A DNA stretch of 63,127 nucleotides, counting the filler, from Reclinomonas americana ATCC 50394 (taxonomy: Eukaryota): the NCBI GenBank assembly GCA_048213135.1. It is 4 parts of one record of this genome, joined end to end, with 100 filler letters (N's around TTAATTAATTAA, not from the genome) between each part and the next. Parts side by side here need not be neighbours in the genome. Positions count along the whole stretch, not along the records: positions 26,254 to 48,919 come from PS015323.1; positions 49,020 to 59,325 come from PS015323.1; 2 more parts are not named here. The stretch is one strand, 5' to 3'. Positions 38,601 through 49,970 of the stretch are shown piece after piece. Within the stretch, counting starts at the first letter, position 1. Every line of letters starts with the position of its first letter. Made by a program: the position numbers and the translations under genes. Under the pieces are notes generated by a model that saw only the letters and a program-made list of their open reading frames with translations, ran no database searches and had not been told where the DNA came from.

Positions 38601-41600
38601 GATCATGCAGTGCCGACCACGGTGTACCGCTTCCACGCACGTCGCCACATCACCACGCTTGATGAGGCGACTCTCTGCTCTCTGTGTTTGTGTGTACATC
38701 TGGTTTTTTCTCGAGTGTGTTTTGTTCTTTCCTCTTGTGCGCGCCGAGTTTCTGTTGCTCTCCTTTGGCCGCACTGCCAGTCATAGAACGTGTGAAAAAA
38801 GTGTGGCAGTGTTTTTGTGAGCTGTGCCAATGTGAGAGTATCTCGGTGTGTCGTCTTTTTTTCTTCTTCTCTCTTTTTCTGTCAATCGTGAGAGTGGGCG
38901 GGGGGCAGTAATGTGTGTGTTAGTGAGTGGGTGTGCAAAATGTACTGTTTACGGTTTTGATTATGCTCATTCCTTCCGTTCCTCCCCTCGTTGCAGTTGC
39001 TGGCTGCAAACAATGCCGAAGTCACTCAAACCATGCTGGTGAACGGTCTGCTCACCACGGCCGCTGGTATCACCAGCCAGGCCACCATCACCTCCACTGG
39101 TAACGTGATCTTTCTTTCTTTCTTTCTTGCTGAGCACCGCAGATCGAGAACAAAGAATACCCATTCGTCCTTTCGTCTCTCCTCCTTCCTCGTGCACACA
39201 CAGCCGTACAAACGCCGCTGATCAACACCGCCGGCCCGTCGGTGGACCTGGCATTGCAGCCCACATCGAACACGCTGCAGCTCGGTGTCACCGGCACCGC
39301 ATTCACGGTTACGCGCCCAACGCCGGCGGCCGGCAACGCCGTCGCCACCTCGATCAATGGCATGTCGGGCGGCACGAACGGGTCAGGCGGCAACCTGAAC
39401 ATCAACGCCGGTGCGGCCAATGGTGTCGGCCAGACCGATGGCGTGATCAACATTGGCGTGACGGCCGGCTCGTCTGTGGTCATTGGCAAGGCTGGTGCTG
39501 CCATTACACTGCAGGGTGCCACCACGAATGTGACGGGTACCTTCTCGTCGGGAACCACGGTTCGTGTGGCACAAAAAATTGACAGCAAGCGATGCCAGTC
39601 ACTCACGTTTCTTCTCCTCGCAGGTGGCCAACACGCTCAACATCACCACCGACCTGACGTTTTCGTCGACGTCGTCCAAGATTTTGACGCCTGCAGATGG
39701 CAGCGGCACTAACAACAACTTGTTCTTTGGTAGCGCCGCCGACAGCAACTCATTCACCATCAAGCGCACGGATCCATCTCCAGCCGGCACGGCCAACTTG
39801 CGGTGCGTTGAGCTGTCGAACAGAGATCGACGTTGACTGCCACGTGCTCAACCATGTCGATGCAGTGTGGAGGCCGCGCAGAACACGGCGAGTGGCACAG
39901 ACGGCTCGCTGTTTTTGGGTGCTGCCGGCAAGCGCAACAACACGGTGAGTGATGCCCATGTGAGCGACACTGAGATCGAGGAGTGGCTCACTTTCTCGCG
40001 GGGCGAATGGCGCAGGTACGTGCGGAGGCGTTGAATGTGGACGTGGTGGCCAACAATGTGACCATCAACGGCAACGGTGCGGCCGGTGGCTCCGTGAACA
40101 TTGCCGCCGCAACGGATTCGCCTGTCAACATTGCTCGTGCGGGACAGACGACCACGATCAACGGCATTGTTGCGTAGTCTCTTTCTCCAAGCTCTCGTCT
40201 TTGTTCACCTGATAGCTCACCACTCTTGTCACGATGCAGCTCTCTGTGGGCGGAACCTCGTCATTCACTGGCGCCGCCACTTTTGCGGCGGCTGTGGGTG
40301 GCACGTCCTTCTCTGCCTCGGGTACGGTGACTGGCACAACGTCGGTGGCCACGCCGATTATTCTGTCGACCGCCGCCAACTTGCAGCTGAATAACACGCC
40401 GAACAACACGATCAATCTGTTCGAGGGCAGCATTCTGGCCGGCCTCATTCAGCGCTCCACTGCTGGCGCCTCGGCCGGCGGCAGTCTTTCCATCCTGTCG
40501 CAGTCGTCCACTGGAGCGGCTGGCGGTGCCTTGTTGCGTCTCCCTTCGCACTCACAAGCAATGTTTAGAAGAAGAAAAAACTAATGTGTTGTGTCTTTGT
40601 CTGCACCAGGTCGCTGCAAGCCGGCACGGGTACGACCCACGGCGACATCAACATCGGCACCATTGGCTCCAACAATATCACTCTTGGTCGTGCGGCGGCG
40701 TCGCCACTCATCACTCTGGCCGGTGTGGCCACGAGTGTGTCGGGCACGCTCAGTGTGACGGGTGACACGACACTCTCTGGCAACCTCATTCCGAGCAGCG
40801 GCACGCTGACGATTGGCCTGCCGGCTGGCCCGAACACGCAAACGATCAAGACGGCCACGCGCGTAGCTGGCGGCTCTGTCGGTGTGGACCTGCAGCTTAC
40901 GCCGGGAAGTGGCGCGACGGCCGCCGGTAGCATCTACTTGGGCGCCCTGACTGGCACAAGCAGCGACCAGACGCTCAATCTGCAGGGCAGCGCAAAATTC
41001 ATTTCGTTCACTGCGCTGAGCTCCTTCACGGTCGCGCTCGGTGCCGGACCGACCACGTTTATGACCATGGCGTCGCCGGCCAACACCATCACCTTTTCGC
41101 AACCGACGACCTTCTCGGCAGCGGTGACGCTGACCTCCGGCACCGTGACCACGCCGTCAATGACCACCTCGCTCATTGACGGCACGGCCTCCAACAATGT
41201 GACGCTGCGCGTGGGTGCCTCGCGCGAGTTTGTGGTCTCGTCCAGCGGCAATGAGGTCCGCGCTCGCCCCACCGACATCACCTCCAACACCACTGCCGGC
41301 CTGGACTTGAACCTCACTGGCGGTGTGGCAACGGGCACTGGCGGCGCCTCCATTGGCGGCACGCTGTACCTGGACGGTGGTAGCAGCACCAGCTCGACCA
41401 ACGGCAAGGTGCTGATTGGTCAGCGGACGACCTCGTCGGTGGAAATCGCGTCGGTGACCAAGCCGGTGACGATCTCCGGCAACACGTTGACGATCGACAC
41501 GGCGACGCTGAAACTGACCGACTCGCCCAACAACCGCCTGATGACGATCAAGGTGCCGGCCGACAACAAGCTGCAACTCGGCGACGACACCACGGCCAGC

Positions 41601-42178
41601 GACATTACGCTGCTGCACGGTGCCACGGGCGCGTCGCCCGTCTTCAACATTTGCGGTGCGAGCGGCTCCGGCAACATTGTGATGGACGCGCGCTGCGGCA
41701 GTGGCGCAGCGACAGGCAGCCTCACGCTGCGTGGCCTCGGTGTGACCATCTCCGACGCGGCCGTGGCGGCAGCAGCGTCTGGCGAAATCAAGCTCAGCTC
41801 GAGCGGAGTCGTCACCCTCAACACTGCCAACTCGATCACGCTGACCACCACATCCGTGGCCGGTGGCAACGGAAACATTGTGATGAATACCACGGTAAGC
41901 ATGCTGTGTGCGCTTCCGAGCCGCGTGTGATGTTTTCTTTCGTCTCACTCCTCTCCCGGCAACAGAATTCAGCGGCGTACTTTTCGGTGACAGTCGGCGG
42001 CAGCGAGCGCTTCCGCGTCACCAACACACAAGTACAAGCGCTCAACTCCACTTTGGTGGCCGCCAAGCTGCTACTACAGACACTGCCAGTGTGCTCGGGC
42101 GCAGTCGGTGCGTGCGAGGTGTGTCGCACCTCGAGCGCCGGCATTAGCACACTGCAGATCAACAGTGCCGGCTGCTAA
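32629..42178 (+). CDS. Giant Gly/Thr/Ser-rich beta-repeat fibre/adhesin-like type II membrane protein (start uncertain; internal stop-bearing exon 38131-38364)
   Basis: TM helix near 33320-33410; recurring GG(N/D)(L/V)x(L/I)x(A/G)GxG...G(N/D)(I/V)xIG units over about 15 in-frame exons. Confidence 0.8.
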
Positions 42179-42325
42179 ATAATTTTTGAGAAAACCCCCT
42201 CATGTTTAATTGTATCATTGCTACCTATTGTTGTTGTACGACGATGAGGGGCGGGGAAGGGAAGGGAGGGAGAAGAAGACGAAACTTGTCATACTGTTGT
42301 CCTTTTTGATTGACAAAGAGGAGAG

Positions 42326-42961
42326 ATGCCAGTGTTTCTGCGATGGGGATGGTGGCCGGAACCTGAGTTTATCGATGGGGACTCTGGTGTGCCTCCAGAG
42401 CCCACCACAGTTGAGGGCAAACAAGAGAGAGAGAGAGGAAGAAAGAGTGAAGAAAAAAGATCTCATTTGAGTGTGTGGTGGTGACAGGAGGATAAGCTCG
42501 TGGAGTGTGCGGCGATGCACGAGTACATCTCTGTGCGACATGATGAGCCCACGGATGAGACACTGAGGTGAGTGAGTGAGTGAGAGGGAGGGAAGGGAAG
42601 GGAGAGAGAGAGTGAGTGTGTGAGAGAGTGAGTGAGTGAGTGAGTGATTCCATGCTATCACTGTTCTCTTCCTATCAATCTCTCTCTCTCTTTCATCAGT
42701 GCTGTTCCCGTTCTTCTCGAGCGGATCGACTCGGAGGCTGCCTCCGCAGTTCTTCCCGAGATTGTGGTCAAGTTCAAAAAGCCGGTGCGCCTCAGTCGGG
42801 TGACTCTGTGGTGTGGGGCACGTGTCGCGGAGATCTACAATGGAGCGTTTTATGTGGCGACCACCAAGGGAGCGCTGGTGCCGGATGTGCCAGGCATGCA
42901 GTTGTTTGAGTTGAGCACGGAGCCGCCGTTTCTGTTGGAGACGGAGTGCTTGGGGATCAAG
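42326..42961 (+). CDS. C10orf88/PAAT-like protein, 5' exons (42326-42409, 42488-42567, 42700-42961)
   Basis: LWCGARVAEIYNGAFYVATTKG recalls the family's SARNMEVY..EYCGTSRG motif (recalled, not searched). Confidence 0.6.
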
Positions 42962-43164
42962 GTGATTGCACAGGCTGAGACGCACAGGCCAAGGGATGCA
43001 GGCAGTGCTTGTTACGCAGGACCACATACATGTCCGCGCACGTGAGGAGCACAATCTGGCCTCTCGTGTTGTGAATGCGAGAGAGGCACCTTGGAGGCAG
43101 TGTTTTTGTTTCTTGAGAAGAACTGTCATCTGCCCACTCTCCATTGTGAATGAGACTGGAGAGA

Positions 43165-43218
<54 letters not shown>

Positions 43219-44358
43219 CGACGGACGTAACGGTACGAGACGTAGTAGTAGTTTAGGTTAAGGTACGGCTAGTGTCGACGACGGTAGGAAGGAACGAACG
43301 TACGTCGTACGGTGGTCGTAGAAGTGGACGGGAGGACGGNNNNNNNNNNNNNNNNNNNNNNNNNNNNNNNNNNNNNNNNNNNNNNNNNNNNNNNNNNNNN
43401 NNNNNNNNNNNNNNNNNNNNNNNNNNNNNNNNNNNNNNNNNNNNNNNNNNNNNNNNNNNNNNNNNNNNNNNNNNNNNNNNNNNNNNNNNNNNNNNNNNNN
43501 NNNNNNNNNNNNNNNNNNNNNNNNNNNNNNNNNNNNNNNNNNNNNNNNNNNNNNNNNNNNNNNNNNNNNNNNNNNNNNNNNNNNNNNNNNNNNNNNNNNN
43601 NNNNNNNNNNNNNNNNNNNNNNNNNNNNNNNNNNNNNNNNNNNNNNNNNNNNNNNNNNNNNNNNNNNNNNNNNNNNNNNNNNNNNNNNNNNNNNNNNNNN
43701 NNNNNNNNNNNNNNNNNNNNNNNNNNNNNNNNNNNNNNNNNNNNNNNNNNNNNNNNNNNNNNNNNNNNNNNNNNNNNNNNNNNNNNNNNNNNNNNNNNNN
43801 NNNNNNNNNNNNNNNNNNNNNNNNNNNNNNNNNNNNNNNNNNNNNNNNNNNNNNNNNNNNNNNNNNNNNNNNNNNNNNNNNNNNNNNNNNNNNNNNNNNN
43901 NNNNNNNNNNNNNNNNNNNNNNNNNNNNNNNNNNNNNNNNNNNNNNNNNNNNNNNNNNNNNNNNNNNNNNNNNNNNNNNNNNNNNNNNNNNNNNNNNNNN
44001 NNNNNNNNNNNNNNNNNNNNNNNNNNNNNNNNNNNNNNNNNNNNNNNNNNNNNNNNNNNNNNNNNNNNNNNNNNNNNNNNNNNNNNNNNNNNNNNNNNNN
44101 NNNNNNNNNNNNNNNNNNNNNNNNNNNNNNNNNNNNNNNNNNNNNNNNNNNNNNNNNNNNNNNNNNNNNNNNNNNNNNNNNNNNNNNNNNNNNNNNNNNN
44201 NNNNNNNNNNNNNNNNNNNNNNNNNNNNNNNNNNNNNNNNNNNNNNNNNNNNNNNNNNNNNNNNNNNNNNNNNNNNNNNNTTTTGCACAATGCTTTTGAT
44301 TCATGTCTTTTTTTGTTGTAATAAAGTGATATTTGAATGGTACGCGTCTCGTCAGCCC

Positions 44359-45464
44359 TCATGTCGACTGCGGACGGTGGTGGTCATCGTCATCAAGGTC
44401 CGTGATGTCGACACCCGGCGGAGTCGGCGTTGGTCGTCCGACGTCGTCCGCATCGAGGTGCTCCAGATGCGCCGCCGCCGCCGACACGGGTGGTGGTGGT
44501 GGCGGCGCCGCTGCCGCCGTAACCGCGGGAGGAGGGATGACAGGGACTGGGGCGGGGCCGCCGACGAACCGCCGCTCCATCTGCGCGCCAACCAACCAAC
44601 GTCAATGTACACGCAACACTGGGTCCTCGTGCGGCGAGAGACACGCAACATCGCGGGCCTGGAAGGCCATCAGTGACGCAAATTGCTGCACCATGGCGCG
44701 CACATTACCCGAGAGCGCCTCCAACTTGGACTCCACCGACGCCATGCGCTTGTCCACGTGCGCCATGATGCGCTTCTCCGATTCGACCACAATGCGATGC
44801 ATCTGCGAAAACAGCAGCGGGTCGATCGTTTGTGCCGCCGCCCGACCGTCGGTGGTCGGTGGCGCGTAGGGCTGTGGCCGCGGCCCGCCTGTGAATGAGA
44901 GATGAAGGGGGATGAGAAAAAACGGCACTCTCCCTTCGTGTGCGATGAACTCACCTTGCGGCTGCGCTGGTGTTGGTCGTTTCTGCGCCAGGACGTTCTC
45001 AAACAATCGTCCACCGGCCTCCGACAACAGGCCCTTTTCTCGCGTGTTGGCCACCATCTGCGCCACTGCGTCCCAGTTCACCGGCTCGCCCGACGATGGT
45101 CCACCTCCACCCTGCTGCTGCTGTTGTTGTTGCTGCATCTGCATCTGCATCAGCATGGCCATCATGTTCATGCCGCCGCCGCCGCCCATACCGCCACCCG
45201 GTGGTCGCAGGGGCGGACCTCCTGCTGAGGGACCAACCACTGAGATGGATTGCAAAGAACAGTGTCAGCACGCAAAAAAGAGTGGACGGAGAAATAAGAA
45301 GGGCTTTCAACGCAACGAGGTGGTGGCTGCGGCTGCGGCATTGCCGCCTCACTGTCGGCATCGGGCATTGGCGGTGGTGGTGGATACGAAAACGAGTCTT
45401 CGTCGGCCAAGAAGATGATGCATTTGCAGAATACAACACTGGACTTGTCCACCAGCGACATTAG
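44359..45464 (-). CDS. Probable 3' exons of the same C10orf88/PAAT-like gene on an inverted contig
   Basis: LMSLVDKSSVVF continues ..CLGIK in phase 0; coiled coil ESEKRIMAHVDKRMASVESKL; 4 exons. Confidence 0.6.
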
Positions 45465-46701
45465 CTGCGCACGACAAGAGATAGATGAGCATCGAGAAGG
45501 CAACCGGGCACCCAGGTTCTGTCGCTCTCTTCTTGAATATTTACAAGAGGCTGTGCACTCACGAAGCCTGTGACATGCAGGCAAGAACAAGTTTGCGCCG
45601 CCTCCTGATCTCTCGCTCAACATACTGGCAGCTGAATGACTGCACACCTCGGCACCCAATAGCCTGCGCCTCTCCCGCATTCACGCCACGTGACTGTTCT
45701 CCTCACGTGCACATGGCCCTACTTAAACAATCACTGTCTCGGAACCCTTGGCCTGAGCCTCTCTCTCTCTCTCTCTNNNNNNNNNNNNNNNNNNNNNNNN
45801 NNNNNNNNNNNNNNNNNNNNNNNNNNNNNNNNNNNNNNNNNNNNNNNNNNNNNNNNNNNNNNNNNNNNNNNNNNNNNNNNNNNNNNNNNNNNNNNNNNNN
45901 NNNNNNNNNNNNNNNNNNNNNNNNNNNNNNNNNNNNNNNNNNNNNNNNNNNNNNNNNNNNNNNNNNNNNNNNNNNNNNNNNNNNNNNNNNNNNNNNNNNN
46001 NNNNNNNNNNNNNNNNNNNNNNNNNNNNNNNNNNNNNNNNNNNNNNNNNNNNNNNNNNNNNNNNNNNNNNNNNNNNNNNNNNNNNNNNNNNNNNNNNNNN
46101 NNNNNNNNNNNNNNNNNNNNNNNNNNNNNNNNNNNNNNNNNNNNNNNNNNNNNNNNNNNNNNNNNNNNNNNNNNNNNNNNNNNNNNNNNNNNNNNNNNNN
46201 NNNNNNNNNNNNNNNNNNNNNNNNNNNNNNNNNNNNNNNNNNNNNNNNNNNNNNNNNNNNNNNNNNNNNNNNNNNNNNNNNNNNNNNNNNNNNNNNNNNN
46301 NNNNNNNNNNNNNNNNNNNNNNNNNNNNNNNNNNNNNNNNNNNNNNNNNNNNNNNNNNNNNNNNNNNNNNNNNNNNNNNNNNNNNNNNNNNNNNNNNNNN
46401 NNNNNNNNNNNNNNNNNNNNNNNNNNNNNNNNNNNNNNNNNNNNNNNNNNNNNNNNNNNNNNNNNNNNNNNNNNNNNNNNNNNNNNNNNNNNNNNNNNNN
46501 NNNNNNNNNNNNNNNNNNNNNNNNNNNNNNNNNNNNNNNNNNNNNNNNNNNNNNNNNNNNNNNNNNNNNNNNNNNNNNNNNNNNNNNNNNNNNNNNNNNN
46601 NNNNNNNNNNNNNNNNNNNNNNNNNNNNNNNNNNNNNNNNNNNNNNNNNNNNNNNNNNNNNNNNNNNNNNNNNNNNNNNNNNNNNNNNNNNNNNNNNNNN
46701 N

Positions 46702-48919
46702 CATGGACATCGACCAGACCACGGGAATCATCTATGTCGCCGATGTGAGTGTGTGTTGGCATGCATGATCGCTGCGTGATTCTGGTGACTCTGACACGTG
46801 TGTGTCTCTCTCACAGTTGGGTAATAATGCCATACGTGCGGTCACCGCAGCGGCCGTGGTCACCACGTTGGCAGGCAATGGGGCATCGGGGAGTGCCAAT
46901 GGCACGGGTGCAGCAGCCTCATTCAGTCAACCTGTGGGCGTGGCGTTGGATGTCACGAATCAGGTGGTGTATGTGGGCGACTGGACCAACTACACCATTC
47001 GGCGAGTGACCTATGCTGGTGCGGTGACGACCTTTTGTGGTTCGGCTGGCATGAGTGGCACAGCCGATGGCGCGTGTGCGGGAGCGGCGCGATTCGGTGG
47101 TCCCAATGGCCTGCTTCTCGTCGGATCCAAGTTGTATGTCGGTGAGTAGCGCTGTGTGCGAAAGAGATCAGCACCGAGAAGCATTCTCATCTGCGCATTC
47201 TGTTGTGCTTGAGTGCAGTCGATCGTAATAGCAACTCCATCCGCGCCATCGACACAGTGGCGATGACGGTGACGACAGTGGCGGGGTCAACGAGTGGTGC
47301 CGCTGGATCCACGGATGCCACCGGTGAGTTCATCGTGATAGGCAACTCGTCTATCTTTGTGCTGATCGATGCGCAACAGGAACGGCTGCCCGCTTCAACG
47401 CGCCCGTGGGACTGGCGTACGACTCTGGAAACAACGTCATCTATGTTGGCGATGTTGAGTATCTTCCCACTCACCGCACGCACTCTGACTGTTTCACTTC
47501 TGATTCTGACTGCCTAATCCCCCGCGCAGTCAGCCAACAACACCGTGCGGCAACTTCGACTGTCAGACTCGTCAGTGAGCACCGTTGGCGGCGCCGCTGG
47601 TGTGAGCGGTTCAGCCAACGGCAGTGCGCTGATCGTAGCACGCTTTGCAGCACCGCATTTCGTCGCCTTTGATACATCGACGGCATCGTTGCTGGTTGCC
47701 GATTTTACCAATCACTCCATCCGCCGCCTCTCGCTGGCGTCGCAGTCGGTGTCGGCCACACCCGCCACTGCCACTGGCTCCCTCGCCACGTCCATTACCG
47801 CCTCACTCACTGGCTTGGCAAGCAACTGGACGTACTACTTTCGCGCCGTCGGTGTCACCTCCACACCCAGCACTATCAACGGCGCCACCGTGTCCTTCAC
47901 CACCACCGCCAATGTGGCGCCGACCGACATTAGCTGCTCGTCGATGACGTATGTGTCGCCGTCGGTGGCGAATCAAGTCGTGTGTGCGCTGCAGACGACG
48001 GACGCGAACGCAGGCCAGTCGTTCACATACTCGATTGTCGGTGGCGCCAACAGCGCGGTGTTTTCGATCAGCGGGCAGTCACTGGTGATTGTGGCGGCTG
48101 GGCAGGCGGGCAGCTCGCTAGCGGTGACGATCCGGTCGACAGACAATGGAACGCCGCCGCTGTTCTTTGACAAGGCGTTCACCATCACCACAGGTCAGTC
48201 TCTTTCTCTCCTTTTTCCTGCTGGTGTGCTGATTATTCACGGTGCCTCCTTCCTTGCTGATACATCACAGCCACCCAGTCGCTGGCCACACTGGCGGCCA
48301 GCAGTGTGGCCACATCGTCGGCGACATTGAATGCCGTTGTGGGTAACTCTGTGGCGGCCTCGACCATGAGTAACTCGTTCGAGTGGGCGCCAACATCGGC
48401 TGCGTTCGGTGTGACGCCAACGGTGTCGACGTGGTTGGGCACGGCGGGCATGAATGGTTCGACAGAAGGCACAGGGACTGCTGCTCGTTTAAATCTCGCC
48501 ACGGTTCGTATATCGCACCAAGTGCATTTTCATTGTCGCAGCACCGTTTCTAAGAGTTCCTTTTAACTGTGCAGTGCATTGCGTTTGATGCTTCGGGCAC
48601 CGCATTCGTTTGCGACCAAAACAATCACACGATTCGGCGAGTGACGAGTGGCGGCGTGACGTCGACGTTTGTGGGAACTGTTGGTACATCAGGCATGGTC
48701 GACGGAATCGGCACTGCAGCTCGTTTAAACTGGCCCACTGACTTGTCGATTGATTTGAACACCGGGTATTTGTACATCGCTGATGTTGCGCGGTAGTGGT
48801 GCGATTGGTGTGCTTTCGAGTGTAATCTTCTCACTAACCCGCTTTCCAGCAATCAAATCATGCAATCCGCGTCAGCACCGCTTCCGGATCTGTATCGACT
48901 CTGGCTGGCAACGGGAATT
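46702..48919 (+). CDS. NHL-repeat / FN3-like / cadherin-like modular surface protein (internal fragment)
   Basis: Repeated G.A..ARF..P.G.A.D....YVAD..N..IR; LTGLASNWTYYFRAVG; APTDI...FTYSIVGG...IRSTDNGTPPL. Confidence 0.85.
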
Positions 48920-48963
48920 NNNNNNNNNNNNNNNNNNNNNNNNNNNNNNNNNNNNNNNNNNNN

Positions 48964-48975
48964 TTAATTAATTAA
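48964..48975. other. Artificial scaffold linker TTAATTAATTAA
   Basis: Same linker between N runs. Confidence 0.9.
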
Positions 48976-49970
48976 NNNNNNNNNNNNNNNNNNNNNNNNN
49001 NNNNNNNNNNNNNNNNNNNAAAAAAGAAGAGCTTGTGAGGTGGTGGTGATGATGATGATGATGATGATGCAGGTGGTTACGCTTGACATGAGCAGGGCGG
49101 GTTGTTGTCAAAGTGGACTGTGGAGCACTATTCTGGTCGTCAGTCACTTTCTCGCTGCGTGAGTCTCTGGTGTCTCGCCTCTGAGTGCCGTGTTCGTGAT
49201 ATTACTTTCGGAGAGTTGCTTGGCTCGGCCGGCAGTTATCACACTGGGCCTTTGTGCGTGAGGACCGTGGTTCGGCCACTCTTCTGCTACGTGTGAGAGA
49301 ACTCCTTGTGCACTGTAGTCGTACCGCCCTGCCTGTGTGCCGGTGCCCAAGGACCATAGATCTTGCAAGAGATCGCAGGAGCACGTCGCTTGTACTACAT
49401 GCAAGCTCGAGGATCGTTGCTCCCGGCTGCGGGCGAGAGGGAGAGAGGGGGAAAGAGACAGGGCGCGGGAAAGTGAGGAAAGAGAGATGGGCTGCTGTCA
49501 AACCGCCACCTGTTGATCGTCACGTATCGCCGAGTTTGACTTCAGAAAAGCGCCTGTATTCACTCGAGCCACTCCTTGTGGGTCCTTCTTTGCGGTGGCG
49601 TAGTCGCAGCCCTTGTCGACAGAAGACGGCGGCGACTTCGATATTTCCATTTCACCTCAAGAAGCAGCCCAGCAAGAGAGAAGTGACAAGCAAACCGTCA
49701 CTGATCGGCGAGAAGCTGGAGATAGTGAGAGCCGCACGCTGTGTGCTTCGCGTTCTTTTGCAATGGACTAGCGACGAGTGCAGAAAACATGCAAATCCGA
49801 GCTCGATTTCTCTCCAGAATTTCAAACCCAACTCGCTCCCTCACCTCACCACCACTACACCGTTCTCTATTCACACAATCACACAACGTCGCACACCAAG
49901 GAAGAATCAAACCGAACACAAAGTCCCGCATCCAATATCTCTCACTCTCTCTTCCTTCCACCGTCCAACG

